NCBI RefSeq assembly: GCF_009914755.1
Contig: NC_060927.1
Direction: 5' to 3' (one strand)
DNA: 64,000 nucleotides
DNA from: the human T2T-CHM13v2.0 reference genome, Homo sapiens
A program made the translations under genes and the position numbers. Of the stretch, positions 13,701 to 29,200 are shown piece by piece. Positions within the stretch are counted from its first letter, which is position 1, and the number at the start of each line of letters is the position of its first letter. A model generated the notes under the pieces. It searched no databases, was not told the origin of the DNA, and was given only the letters and a program-made list of their open reading frames with translations.

Positions 13701-16700
13701 AAGTAGATCAACTATATATTTTATTCTGTACATAAAATATCAAAGTACACCAGAGATATATTCTATAGTGTACATAAAATATCAAAGTACCCAAACTATA
13801 CATTATATACTGTACATAAAATATGAAATAACATCAAATATATATTATATTAGGTACATAAAATATGAAAGTACATCAAATATAGATTATATACTGTACA
13901 TAAAATATCAAAGTACCCAAATATATATTATATGCTCTATAGGAAATATCAAAGTTCACACACTATATATTATATACTGTACATAAAATATCAAAGTACC
14001 CAAGGTATATATTCTATACTGTACAAAAAATATCAAAGTACCCAAAGCATGTATTATATACTGTATGTAAAATATGAAATTACATCAAATATATATTTTA
14101 TTCTGTACATAAAATATCAAAGTACACCAGATATATATTCTATAGTGTACATAAAATAACAAAGTACACAAACTATAAATTATATACTGTACATAAAATA
14201 TGAAATTACATCAAATATATATTAGGTTCATAAAATATGAAAGTAAATCAAATATAGATTATATACTGTACATAAAATATCAATGTACCCCAAATATATA
14301 TTATATACTCTACAGGAAATATCAAAGTTCACAAACCATATATTATATACTGTACATTAAATATCAAAGTACCCAAGGTATATATTCTATACTGTACAAA
14401 AAATATCAAAGTACCCAAAGCATGTATTTTATACTGTATATAAAATATGAAAGTACATCAAATATATATTTTATTCTGTACATAAAATATCAAAGTACAC
14501 CAGATATATATTCTATAGTGTACATAAAATAACAAAGTACACAAACTATAAATTATATACTGTATATAAAATATGAAATTACATCAAATATATATTAGGT
14601 ACATAAAATATGAAAGTACATCAAATATAGATTATATACTGTACATAAAATATCAAAGTACCCCAAATATATATTATATACTGTACATGAAATATCAAAG
14701 TTCACAAACTATATATTATATACTGTACATAAAATATCAAAGTACCCAAGGTATATATTCTATACTGTACAAAAAATATCAAAGTACACAAAGCATGTAT
14801 TATATACTGTACATAAAATATGAAAGTACATCAAATATATATTTTATTCTGTACATAAAATATCAAAGTACACCAGATATATATTCTATAGTGTACATAA
14901 AATATCAAAGTACCCAAACTATACATTATATACTGTACATAAAATATGAAATTACATCAAATATATATTGTATTAGGTACATAAAATATGAAAGTACATC
15001 AAATATAGATTATATACTGTACATTAAATACCAAAGTACCCCAAATCTATATTTTATACTGTACATGAAATATCAAAGTTCACAAACTATATATTATATT
15101 CTGTACATAGAATATCAAAGTACCCAAGGTATATATTCTATATTGTACAAAAAATAACAAAGTACCAAAAGCATGTATTATATACTGTACCTAAAATATT
15201 AAAGTACATCAATTATATATTTTATTCTGTACATAAAATATCAAAGTACACCAGATATATATTCTATAGTGTACATAAAATATCAAAGTACCCAAACTAT
15301 AAATTATATACTGTACATAAAATATGAAATTACATCAAATATATATTAGGTACATAAAATATGAAAGTACATCAAATATAGATTATATACTGTACATAAA
15401 ATATCAATGTACCCCAAATATATATTTTATACTCGACATGAAATATCAAAGTTCACAAACCATATATTATATACTGTACATAAAATATCAAAGTACCCAA
15501 GGTATATATTCTATACTGTACAAAAAATATGAAAGTACCCAAAGCATGTATTATATACTGTACATAAAATATGAAAGTACATCAAATATATTTTTTATTC
15601 TGTATATAAAATATCAAAGTACACCAGATATATATTCTATAGTGTACATAAAATATCAAAGTACACAAACTATACATTATATACTGTACATAAAATATGA
15701 AATTACATCAAATATATATTATATTAGGTACATAAAATATGAAAGTACATCAAATATAGATTACATACTGTACATAAAATATCAAAGTACCCCAAATATA
15801 TATTATATACTCTACATGAAATATCAAGGTTCACAAACTATATATTATATACCGTACATAAAATATCAAAGTACCCAAGGTATATATTCTATACTGTACA
15901 AAAAATATCAAAGTACCTAAAGCATGTATTATATACTGTATATAAAATATGAAAGTACATAAAATATATATTTTATTCTGTACATAAAATATCAAAGTAC
16001 ACCAGATATATATTCTATAGTGTACATAAAATAACAAAGTACACAAACTATAAATTATATACTGTACATAAAATATGAAATTACATCAAATATATATTAG
16101 GTACATAAAATATGAAAGTACATCAAATATAGATTATATACTGTACATAAAATATCAATGTACCCCAAATATATATTTTATACTCTACATGAAATATCAA
16201 AGTTCACAATCCATATATTATATACTGTACATAAAATATCAAAGTACCCAAGGTATATATTCCATACTATACAAAAAATATCAAAGTACCCAAAGCATGT
16301 ATTATATACTGTATATAAAATATGAAAGTACATCAAATATATATTTTATTCTGTACATATAATAACAAAGTACACCAGATATATATTCTATAGTGTTCAT
16401 AAAATATCAAAGTACCCAAAATATACATTATATACTGTACATAAAATATGAAATTACATCAAATATATATTATATTAGGTACATAAAATATGAAAGTACA
16501 TCAAATATAGATTATATACTGTACATAAAATATCAAAGTACCCCAAATATATATTATATACTCTACATGAAATATGAAAGTTCACAAACTATATATTATA
16601 TACTGTATATAAAATATCAAAGTACCCAAGGCATATATTCTATACTGTACAAAAAATATCAAAGTACCCAAAGCATGTATTATATACTGTATATAAAATA

Positions 16701-19700
16701 TGAAAGTACATCAAATATATATTTTATTCTGTACATAAAATATCAAAGTACACCAGATATATATTCTATAGTGTACATAAAATAACAAAGTACAAAAACT
16801 ATAAATTATATACTGTACATAAAATATGAAATTACATCAAATATATATTAGGTACATAAAATATGAAAGTACATCAAATATAGATTATATGCTGTACATA
16901 AAATATCAATGTACCCCAAATATATATTTTATACTTGACATGAAATATCAAAGTTCACAAACCATATATTATTTACTGTACATAAAATATCAAAGTACCC
17001 AAGTTATATATTCTATACTGTACAAAAAATATCAAAGTACCCAAAGCATGTATTATATACTGTACATAAAATATGAAACTACATCAAATATATTTTTTAT
17101 TCTGTATATAAAATATCAAAGTACACCAGATATATATTCTATAGTGTACATAAAATATCAAAGTACCCAAACTATACATTATATACTGTACATAAAATAT
17201 GAAATTACATCAAATATATATTATATTAGGTACATAAAATATGAAAGTACATCAAATATAGATTATATACTGTACATAAAATATCAAAGTACCACAAATA
17301 TATATTATATACTGTACATGAAATATCAAAGTTCACAAACTATATATTATATACTGTACATAAAATATCAAAGTACCCAAGGTATATATTCTATACTGTA
17401 CAAAAAATATCAAAGTACCCAAAGCATGTATTATATACTGTACATAAAATATGAAAGTACATCAAATATATATTTTATTCTGTACATAAAATATCAAAGT
17501 ACACCAGATATATATTCTATAGTGTACATAAAATAACAAAGTACACAAACCATAAATTATATACTGTACATAAAATATGACATTACATCAAATACATATT
17601 AGGTACATAAAATATGAAAGTTCATCAAATATAGATTATATACTGTACATAAAATATCAATGTACCCCAAATATATATTTTATACTGTACATGAAATATC
17701 AAAGTTCACAAACTATATATTATATACTGTACATAAAATATCAAAGTACCCAAGGTATATATTCTATACTGTACAAAAGATATCAAAGTACCCAAAGCAT
17801 GTATTATATACTGTACATTAAATATGAAAGTACATCAAATATATATTTTATTCTGTACATAAAATATCAAAGTACACCAGATATATATTCTATAGTGTAC
17901 ATAAAATATCAAAGTACCCAAACTATTTATTATATACTGTACATAAAATATGAAATTACATCAAATATATATTATATTAGGTACGTAAAATATGAAAGTA
18001 CATCAAATATAGATTATATACTGTACATTAAATACCAAAGTACCCCAAATATATATTTTATACTGTACATGAAATATCAAAGTTCACAAACTATATGTTA
18101 TATACTGTACATAAAATATCAAAGTACCCAAGGTATATATTCTATACTGTACAAAAAATATCAAAGTACCAAAAGCATGTATTATATACTGTACCTAAAA
18201 TATGAAAGAACATCAAATATATATTTTATTCTGTACATAAAATATCAAAGTACACCAGATATATATTCTATAGTGTATATAAAATAACAAGGTACAAAAA
18301 CTATAAATTATATACTGTACATAAAATATGAAATTACGTCAAATATATATTAGGTACATAAAATATGAAAGTACATCAAATATAGATTATATACTGTACA
18401 TAAAATATCAAAGTACCACAAATATATATTATATACTCTACATGAAATATCAAAGTTCACAAACTATATATTATGTACTGTACATAAAATATCAAAGTAC
18501 CCAAGGTATATATTCTATACTGTACAAAAATTATCAAAGTACCCAAAGCATGTATTATATACTGTACATACAATATGAAAGTACATCAAATATATATTTT
18601 ATTCTGTACATAAAATATCAAAGTACACCAGATATATATTCTATAGTGTACATAAGATATCAAAGTACCCAAACTATACATTATATACTGTACATAAAAT
18701 ATGAAATTACATCAAACATATATTATATTAGGTACATAAAATATGAAAGTACATCAAATATATATTATATACTGTACATAAAATATCAAAGTACCCCAAA
18801 TATATATTATATACTCTACATGAAATATCAAAGTTCACAAACTATATATTATATACTGTACATAAAATATCAAAGTACCCAAGGTATATATTCTATACTG
18901 TACAAAAAATATCAAAGTATCCAAAGAATGTATTATATACTGTATATAAAATATGAAAGTAAATTAAATATATATTTTATTCTGTACATAAAATATCAAA
19001 GTACACCAGATATATATTCTATAGTGTAGATAAAATAACAAAGTACACAAACTATAAATTATATACTGTACATAAAATATGAAATTACATCAAATATATA
19101 TTAGGTACATAAAATATGAAAGTACATCAAATATAGATTATATACTGTACATATAATATCAATGTACCCCAAATATATATTTTATACTCGACATGAAATA
19201 TCAAAGTTCACAAACCATATATTATATACTGTACATAAAATATCAAAGTACCCAAGGTATATATTCTATACTGTACAAAAAATATCAAAGTACCCAAAGC
19301 ATGTATTATATACTGTACATAAAATATGAAAGTACATCAAATATATTTTTTATTCTGTATATAAAATATCAAAGTACACCAGATATATATTCTATAGTGT
19401 ACATAAAATATCAAAGTACCCAAACTATACATTATATACTGTACATAAAATATGAAATTACATCAAATATATATTATATTAGGTACATAAAATATGAAAG
19501 TACATCAAATATAGATTATATACTGTACATAAAATATCAAAGTACCCCAAATATATATTATATACTCTACAGGAAATATCAAAGTTCACACACTATATAT
19601 TATATACTGTACATAAAATATCAAAGTACCCAAGGTATATATTCTATACTGTACAAAAAATATCAAAGTACCCAAAGCATGTATTATATACTGTACATAA

Positions 19701-20200
19701 AATATGAAAGTACATCAAATATATATTTTATTCTGTACATAAAATATCAAAGTACACCAGATATATATTCTATAGTGTACATAAAATATCAAAGTACACA
19801 AACTGTACATTATATACTGTACATAAAATATGAAATTACATCAAATATATATTAGGTACATAAAATATGAAAGTACATCAAACATAGATTATATACTGTA
19901 CATAAAATATCAAAGTACCCGAAATATATATTATATACTGTACATGAAATATCAAAGTTCACAAACTATATATTATATACTGTACATAAAATATCAAAGT
20001 ACCCAAGGTATATATTCTATACTGTACAAAAAATATCAAAGTACCCAAAGCATGTATTATATACTGTACATAAAATATGAAAGTACATCAAATATATATT
20101 TTATTCTGTACATAAAATATCAAAGTACACCCGATATATATTCTATAGTGTACATAAAATAACAAAGTACACAAACTATAAATTATATACTGTATATAAA
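10780..20200 (+). repeat. Domain B: 373-bp (5-bp deletion) and 378-bp units; regular 751-bp dimer from about 14.5 to 19.9 kb
   Basis: m2 reads CAAATATATATTAGG instead of CAAATATATATTATATTAGG. The homologous ATG before the deletion is at 14573, 15324, 16075, 16826, 17577, 18328, 19079, 19830 (all 751 apart) and also at 11194, 12321, 12694, 14200, 20203. Confidence 0.9.
13394..13771 (+). repeat. Example full-length 378-bp 9-mer HOR unit (m1..m9)
   Basis: Consensus monomer tags in order: m1 CCCAAACTATACATT, m2 GAAATTACATC..ATTAGG, m3 ATAGATT, m4 ACCCCAAAT, m5 ATGAAATATCAAAGTTCAC, m6 CCCAAGGTAT, m7 ACAAAAAATATC..AAGCATG, m8 TATTTTATTCTG, m9 ACACCAGA..ATAGTG. The next m1 begins at 13772 (378 bp later). 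Confidence 0.93.
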
Positions 20201-23200
20201 ATATGAAATTACATCAAAAATATATTAGGTACATAAAATATGAAAGTACATCATATATAGATTATATACTGTACATAAATTATCAATGTACCCCAAATAT
20301 ATATTATATACTATACATGAAATATCAAATATCACAAACTATATATTATATACTGTACATAAAATATCAAAGTACCCAATGTATATATTTTATAGTTTAC
20401 AAAAAATATCAAAGTACCCAAAGCATGTATTATATACTGTACATAAAATATAAAAGTACATCAAATATATATTTTATACTGTACATAAAATAGGAAAGTA
20501 CACCAGATATATATTCTATAGTGTACATAAAATATCAAAGTACCCAAACTATACATTATATACTGTACATAAAATATGAAATTACATCAAATATATATTA
20601 TATTAGGTACTTAAAATATGAAAGTACATCAAATATATATTTTATTCTGTACATAAAATATCAAAGTACACCAGATATATATTCTATAGTGTATATAAAA
20701 TATCAAATTACCCAAACTATACATTATATACTGTACATAAAATATGAAATTACATCAAATATATATTATATTAGGTACATAAAATATGAAAGTACATGAA
20801 GTATAGATTATATACTGTACATAAAATATCAAAGTACCCCAAATTTATATTATATACTATACATGAAATATCAAAGTTCACAAACTATATATTATATACT
20901 GTACATAAAATATCAAAGTACCCAAGGTATATATTCTATAGTGTACAAAAAATATCAAAGTACCCAAAGCATGTATTATATACCGTACATAAAATATAAA
21001 ATTACATCAAATATATATTTTATTCTGTACATAAAATATCAAAGTACACCAGATATATATACTATAGTGTACATAAAATATCAAAGTACCCAAACTATAC
21101 ATTATACACTGTACATAAAATATGAAATTACATCAAATATATATTAGGTACATAAAATATGAAAGTACATCAAATATAGATTATATACTGTAAATATAAT
21201 ATCAATGTACTCCAAATATATATTTTATACTCTACATGAAATATCAAAGTTCACAAACCATATATTATATACTGTACATAAAATATCAAAGTACCCAAGG
21301 TATATATTCTATACTGAACAAAAAATATCAAAGTACCCAAAGCATGTATTATATACTGTACATAAAATATGAAAGTACATCAAATATATATTTTATTCTG
21401 TACATAAAATATCAAAGTACACCAGATATATATTCTATAGTGTACATAAAATATCAAAGTACCCAAACTATACATTATATACTGTACATAAAATATGAAA
21501 TTACATCAAATATATATTATATTAGGTACATGAAATATGAAAGTACATCAAATATAGATTATATACTGTACATAAAATATGAAAGTACCCCAAATATATA
21601 TTATATACTCTACATGAAATATCAAAGTTCACAAACTATATATTATATACTGTACATAAAATATCAAAGTACCCAAGGTATATATTCTATACTGTACAAA
21701 AAATATCAAAGTATCCAAAGCATGTATTATATACTGTATATAAAATATGAAAGTACATCAAATATATATTTTATTCTGTACATAAAATATCAAAGTACAC
21801 CAGATATATATTCTATAGTGTACATAAAATATCAAAGTACCCAAACTATACATTATATACTGTACATAAAATATGAAATTACAGCAAATATATATTATGT
21901 TAGGTACATAAAATATGAAAGTACATCAAATATAGATTATATACTGTACATTAAATACCAAAGTACCCCAAATATATATTTTATACTGTACATGAAATAT
22001 CAAAGTTCACAAACTATATATTATATACTGTACATAAAATATCAATGTACCCAAGGTATATATTCTATACTGCACAAAAAATATCAAAGTACCCAAAGCA
22101 TGTATTATATACTGTATATAAAATATGAAAGTACATCAAATATATATTTTATTCTGTACATAAAATATCAAAGTACACCAGATATATATTCTATAGTGTA
22201 CATAAAATAACAAAGTACACAAACTATAAATTATATCCTGTACATAAAATATGAAATTACATCAAATATATATTAGGTACATAAAATATGAAAGTACATC
22301 AAATATAGATTATATACTGTATATAAAATATCAATGTACCCCAAATATATATTTTATACTCTACATGAAATATCAAAGTTCACAAACCATATATTATATA
22401 CTGTACATAAAATATTAAAGTACCCAAGGTATATATTCTATACTATACAAAAAATATCAAAGTACCCAAAGCATGTATTATATACTGTACATAAAATATG
22501 AAAGTACATCAAATATATATTTTATTCTGTACATAAAATATCAAAGTACACTAGATATATATTCTATAGTGTACATAAAATATCAAAATACCCAAACTAT
22601 ACATTATATACTGTACATAAAATGTGAGATTACATCAAATATATATTATATTAGGTACATAAAATATGAAAGTACATCAAATATAGATTATATACTGTAC
22701 ATAAAATATCAAAGTACCCCGAATATATATTATATACTCTACATGAAATATCAAAGTTCACAAACTATATATTATATACTGTACATAAAATATCAAAGTA
22801 CCCAAGGTATATATTCTATACTGTACAAAAAATATCAAAGTACCCAAAGCATGTATTATATACTGTATATAAAATAAGAAAGTACATTAAATATATATTT
22901 TATTCTGTACATAAAATATCAAAGTACACCAGATATATATTCTATAGTGTACATAAAATATCAAAGTACCCAAACTATACATTATATACTGTACATAAAA
23001 TATGAAATTACATCAAATATATAATATATTAGGTACATAAAATAAGAAAGTACATCAAATATAGATTATATAATGTACATAAAATATCAAAGTACCCCAA
23101 ATATATATTATATACTCTACATGAAATATCAAAGTTCACAAACTATATATTATATACTGTACATAAAATATCAAAGTACCCAAGGTATATATTCTATACT

Positions 23201-26200
23201 GTACAAAAAATATCAAAGTATCCAAAGCATGTTTTATATACTGTATATAAAATATGAAAGTACATTAAAGATATATTTTATTCTGTACATAAAATATCAA
23301 AATACACCAGATATATATTCTATAGTGTACATAAAATAACAAAGTACACAAACTATAAATTATATACTATACATAAAATATGAAATTACATCAAATATAT
23401 ATTAGGTACATAAAATATGAAAGTACATCAAATATAGACTATATACTGTACATATAATATCAATGTACCCCAAATATATATTTTATACTCTACATGAAAT
23501 ATCAAAGTTCACAAACCATACATTATATACTGTACATAAAATATGAAAGTACCCAAGTTATATATTCTATACTGTACAAAAGATATCAAAGTACCCAAAG
23601 CATGTATTATATACTGTATATAAAATATGAAAGTACATCAAATATATATTATATACTGTACATAAAATATCAAAGTACACCAGATATATATTTTATAGTG
23701 TACATAAAATATCAAAGTACCCAAACTATACATTATATACTGTACATAAAATATGAGATTACATCAAATATATATTATATTAGGTACATAAAATATGAAA
23801 GTACATCAGATATAGATTATATACTGTACATAAAATATCAAAGTACCCCAAATATATATTATATACTCTACATGAAATATCAAAGTTCACAAACTATATA
23901 TTATATACTGTACATAAAATATCAAAGTACCCAAGGTATATATTCTATACTGTACAAAAAATATCAAAATACCCAAAGCATGTATTATATACTGTATATA
24001 AAATATGAAAATACATTAAATATATATTTTATTCTGTACATAAAATATCAAAGTACACCAGATATATATTCTATAGTGTACATAAAATAACAAAGTACAC
24101 AAACTATAAATTATATACTGTACGTAAAATATGAAATTACATCAAATATATATTAGGTACATAAAATATGAAAGTACATCAAATATAGATTATATACTGT
24201 ACATATAATATCAATGTACCCCAAATATATATTTTATACTCTACATGAAATATCAAAGTTCACAAACCATACATTATATACTTTCCATAAAATATCAAAG
24301 TACCCATGGCATATATTCTATACTGTACAAAAGATATCAAAGTACCTAAAGCATGTATTATATACTGTACATAAAATATGAAAGTACATCAAATATATAT
24401 TTTATTCTGTACATAAAATATCAAAGTACACCAGATATATATTCTATAGTGTACATAAAATATCAAAGTACCCAAACTATATATTATATACTGTACATAA
24501 AATATGAAATTACATCAAATATGTATTATATTAGGTACATAAAATATGAAAGTACATCAAATATAGATTATATACCGTACATAAAATATCAAAGTACCCC
24601 AAATATATATTATATACTATACATGAAATATCAAATATCACAAACTATATATTATATACTGTACATAAAATATCAAAGTACCCAATGTATATATTCTATA
24701 GTGTACAAAAAATATCAAAGTACCCAAAGCATGTATTATATACTGTACATAAAATATAAAAGTACATCAAATATATATTTTATTCTGTACATAAAATATG
24801 AAAGTACACCAGATATATATTCTATAGTGTACATAAAATATCAAAGTACCCAAACTATACATTATATACTGTACATAAAATATGAAATTACATCAAATAT
24901 ATATTATATTAGGTACTTAAAATATGAAAGTACATCAAATATAGATTATATACTGTACATAAAATATCAAAGTACCCCAAATATATATTATATACTGTAC
25001 ATGAAATATCAAAGTTCACAACTATATATTATATACTGTACATAAAATATCAAACTCCCCAAGGTATATATTCTATACTGTACAAAAAATATCAAAGTAC
25101 ACAAAGCATGTATTATATACTGTACATAAAATATGAAATTACATCATATATATATCATATTAGGTACATAAAATATGAAAGTACATCAAATATAGATTAT
25201 ATACAGTACATAAAATATCAAAGTACCCCAAATATATATTATATACTGTACATGTAATATCAAAGTTCACAACTATATATTACATACTGTACATAAAATA
25301 TCAAAGTACCCAAGGTATATATTCTATACTGTACAAAAAATATCAAAGTACCCAAAGCATGTATTATATACTGTACATAAAATATGAAAGTACATCAAAT
25401 ATATATTTTATTCTGTACATAAAATATCAAAGTACACCAGATATATATTCTATAGTGTACATAAAATAACAAAGTACACAAACTATAAATTATATACTGT
25501 ACATAAAATATGAAATTACATCAAATATATATTAGGTACATAAAATATGAAAGTACATCAAATATAGATTATATACTGTACATATAATATCAATGTACCC
25601 CAAATATATATTTTATAGTCTACATGAAATATCAAAGTTCACAAACCATACATTATATACTGTACATAAAATATCAAAGTACCCAAGGTATATGTTCTAT
25701 ACTGTACAAAACATAATAAAGTACCCAAAGCATGTATTATATACTGTACATAAAATATGAAAGTACATTAAATATATATTTTATTCTGTACATAAAATAT
25801 CAAAGTACACCAGATATATATTCTATAGTGTACATAAAATATCAAAGTACCCAAACTATACATTATATAGTGTACATAAAATATGAAATTACATCAAATA
25901 TATATTAGGTACATAAAATATGAAAGTACATCAAATATAGATTATATACTGTACATAAAATATCAAAGTACCCCAAATATATATTATATACTCTACATGA
26001 AATATCAAAGTTCACAAACTATATATTATATACTGTACATAAAATATCAAAGTACCCAAGGTATATATTCTATACTGTACAAAAAATATCAAAATACCCA
26101 AAGCATGTATTATATACTGTATATAAAATATGAAAATACATTAAATATATATTTTATTCTGTACATAAAATATCAAAGTACACCAGATATATATTCTATA

Positions 26201-29200
26201 GTGTACATAAAATAACAAAGTACACAAACTATAAATTATATACTGTACGTAAAATATGAAATTACATCAAATATATATTAGGTACATAAAATATGAAAGT
26301 ACATCAAATATAGATTATATACTGTACATATAATATCAATGTACCCCAAATATATATTTTATACTCTACATGAAATATCAAAGTTCACAAACCATACATT
26401 ATATACTTTCCATAAAATATCAAAGTACCCATGGCATATATTCTATACTGTACAAAAGATATCAAAGTACCTAAAGCATGTATTATATACTGTACATAAA
26501 ATATGAAAGTACATCAAATATATATTTTATTCTGTACATAAAATATCAAAGTACACCAGATATATATTCTATAGTGTACATAAAATATCAAAGTACCCAA
26601 ACTATATATTATATACTGTACATAAAATATGAAATTACATCAAATATGTATTATATTAGGTACATAAAATATGAAAGTACATCAAATATAGATTATATAC
26701 CGTACATAAAATATCAAAGTACCCCAAATATATATTATATACTATACATGAAATATCAAATATCACAAACTATATATTATATACTGTACATAAAATATCA
26801 AAGTACCCAATGTATATATTCTATAGTGTACAAAAAATATCAAAGTACCCAAAGCATGTATTATATACTGTACATAAAATATAAAAGTACATCAAATATA
26901 TATTATATTCTGTACATAAAATATCAAAGTACACCAGATATATATTCTATAGTGTACATAAAATATCAAAGTACCCAAACTATACATTATATACTGTACA
27001 TAAAATATGAAATTACATCAAATATATATTATATTAGGTACTTAAAATATGAAAGTACATCAAATATAGATTATATACTGTACATAAAATATCAAAGTAC
27101 CCCAAATATATATTATATACTGTACATGAAATATCAAAGTTCACAACTATATATTATATACTGTACATAAAATATCAAAGTCCCCAAGGTATATATTCTA
27201 TACTGTACAAAAAATATCAAAGTACACAAAGCATGTATTATATACTGTACATAAAATATGAAATTACATCAAATATATATTAGGTACATAAAATATGAAA
27301 GTACATCAAATATAGATTATATACTGTACATAAAATATCAAAGTACCCCAAATATATATTATATACTCTACATGAAATATCAAAGTTCACAAACTATATA
27401 TTATATACTGTACATAAAATATCAAAGTACCCAAGGTATATATTCTATACTGTACAAAAAATATCAAAGTACCCAAAGCATGTATTATATACTGTACATA
27501 AAATATGAAAGTACATCAAATATATATTTTATTCTGTACATAAAATATCAAAGTACACCAGATATATATTCTATAGTGTACATAAAATAACAAAGTACAC
27601 AAACTATACATTATATACTGTACATAAAATATGAAATTACATCAAATATATATTAGGTACACAAAATATGAAAGTACATCAAATATAGATTATACACTGT
27701 ACATAAAATATCAATGTACCCCAAATATATATTTTATACTCTACATGAAATATCAAAGTTCACAAACCATATATTATATACTGTACATAAAATATCAAAG
27801 TACCCAAGGTATATATTCTATACTATACAAAAAATATCAAAGTACCCAAAGCATGTATTATATACTGTACATAAAATATGAAAGTACATCAAATATATAT
27901 TTTATTCTGTACATAAAATATCAAAGTACACTAGATATATATTCTATAGTGTACATAAAATATCAAAATACCCAAACTATACATTATATACTGTACATAA
28001 AATATGAAATTACATCAAATATATATTAGGTACATAAAATATGACAGTACATCAAATATAGATTATATACTGTACATAAAATATCAAAGTACCCCAAATA
28101 TATATTATATACTCTACATGAAATGTCAAAGTTCACAAACTATATATTATATACTGTACATAAAATATCAAAATACCCAAGGTATATATTCTATACTGTA
28201 CAAAAAATATCAAGGTACACAAAGCATGTATTATATACTGTACATATAATATGAAAGTACATCAAATATATATTTTATTCTGTACATAAAATATCAAAGT
28301 ACACCAGATATATATTCTATAGTGTACATAAAATAACAAAGTACACAAACTATACATTATATACTGTACATAAAATATGAAATTACATCAAATATATATT
28401 AGGTACATAAAATATGAAAGAACATCAAACACAGATTATATACTGTACATAAAATATCAAAGTACCCCAAATATATATTTTATACTCTACATTAAATATC
28501 AAAGTTCACAAACCATATATTGTATACTGTACATAAAATATCAAAGTACCCAAGGTATATATTCTATACTATACAAAAAATATCAAAGTACCCAAAGCAT
28601 GTATTATATACTGTACATAAAATATGAAAGTACATCAAATATATATTTTATTCTGTACATAAAATATCAAAGTACACTAGATATATATTCTATAGTGTAC
28701 ATAAAATACCAAGATACGCAAACTATACATTATATGCTGTACATAAAATATGAGATTACATCAAATATATATTATATTAGGTACATAAAATATGAAAGTA
28801 CATCAAATATAGATTATATACTGTACATAAAATATCAAAGTACCCCGAATATATATTATATACTCTACATGAAATATCAAAGTTCACAAACTATATATTA
28901 TATACTGTACATAAAATTTCAAAGTACCCAAGGTATATATTCTATACTGTACAAAAAATATCAAAGTACCCAAAGCATATATTATATACTGTATATAAAA
29001 TAAGAAAGTACATTAAATATATATTTTATTCTGTAAATAAAATATCAAAGTACACCAGATATATATTCTATAGTGTACATAAAATAACAAAGTACACAAA
29101 CTATAAATTATATACTGTACATAAAATATGAAATTACATCAAATATATATTAGGTACATAAAATATGAAAGTACATCAAGTATAGATTATATACTGAACA

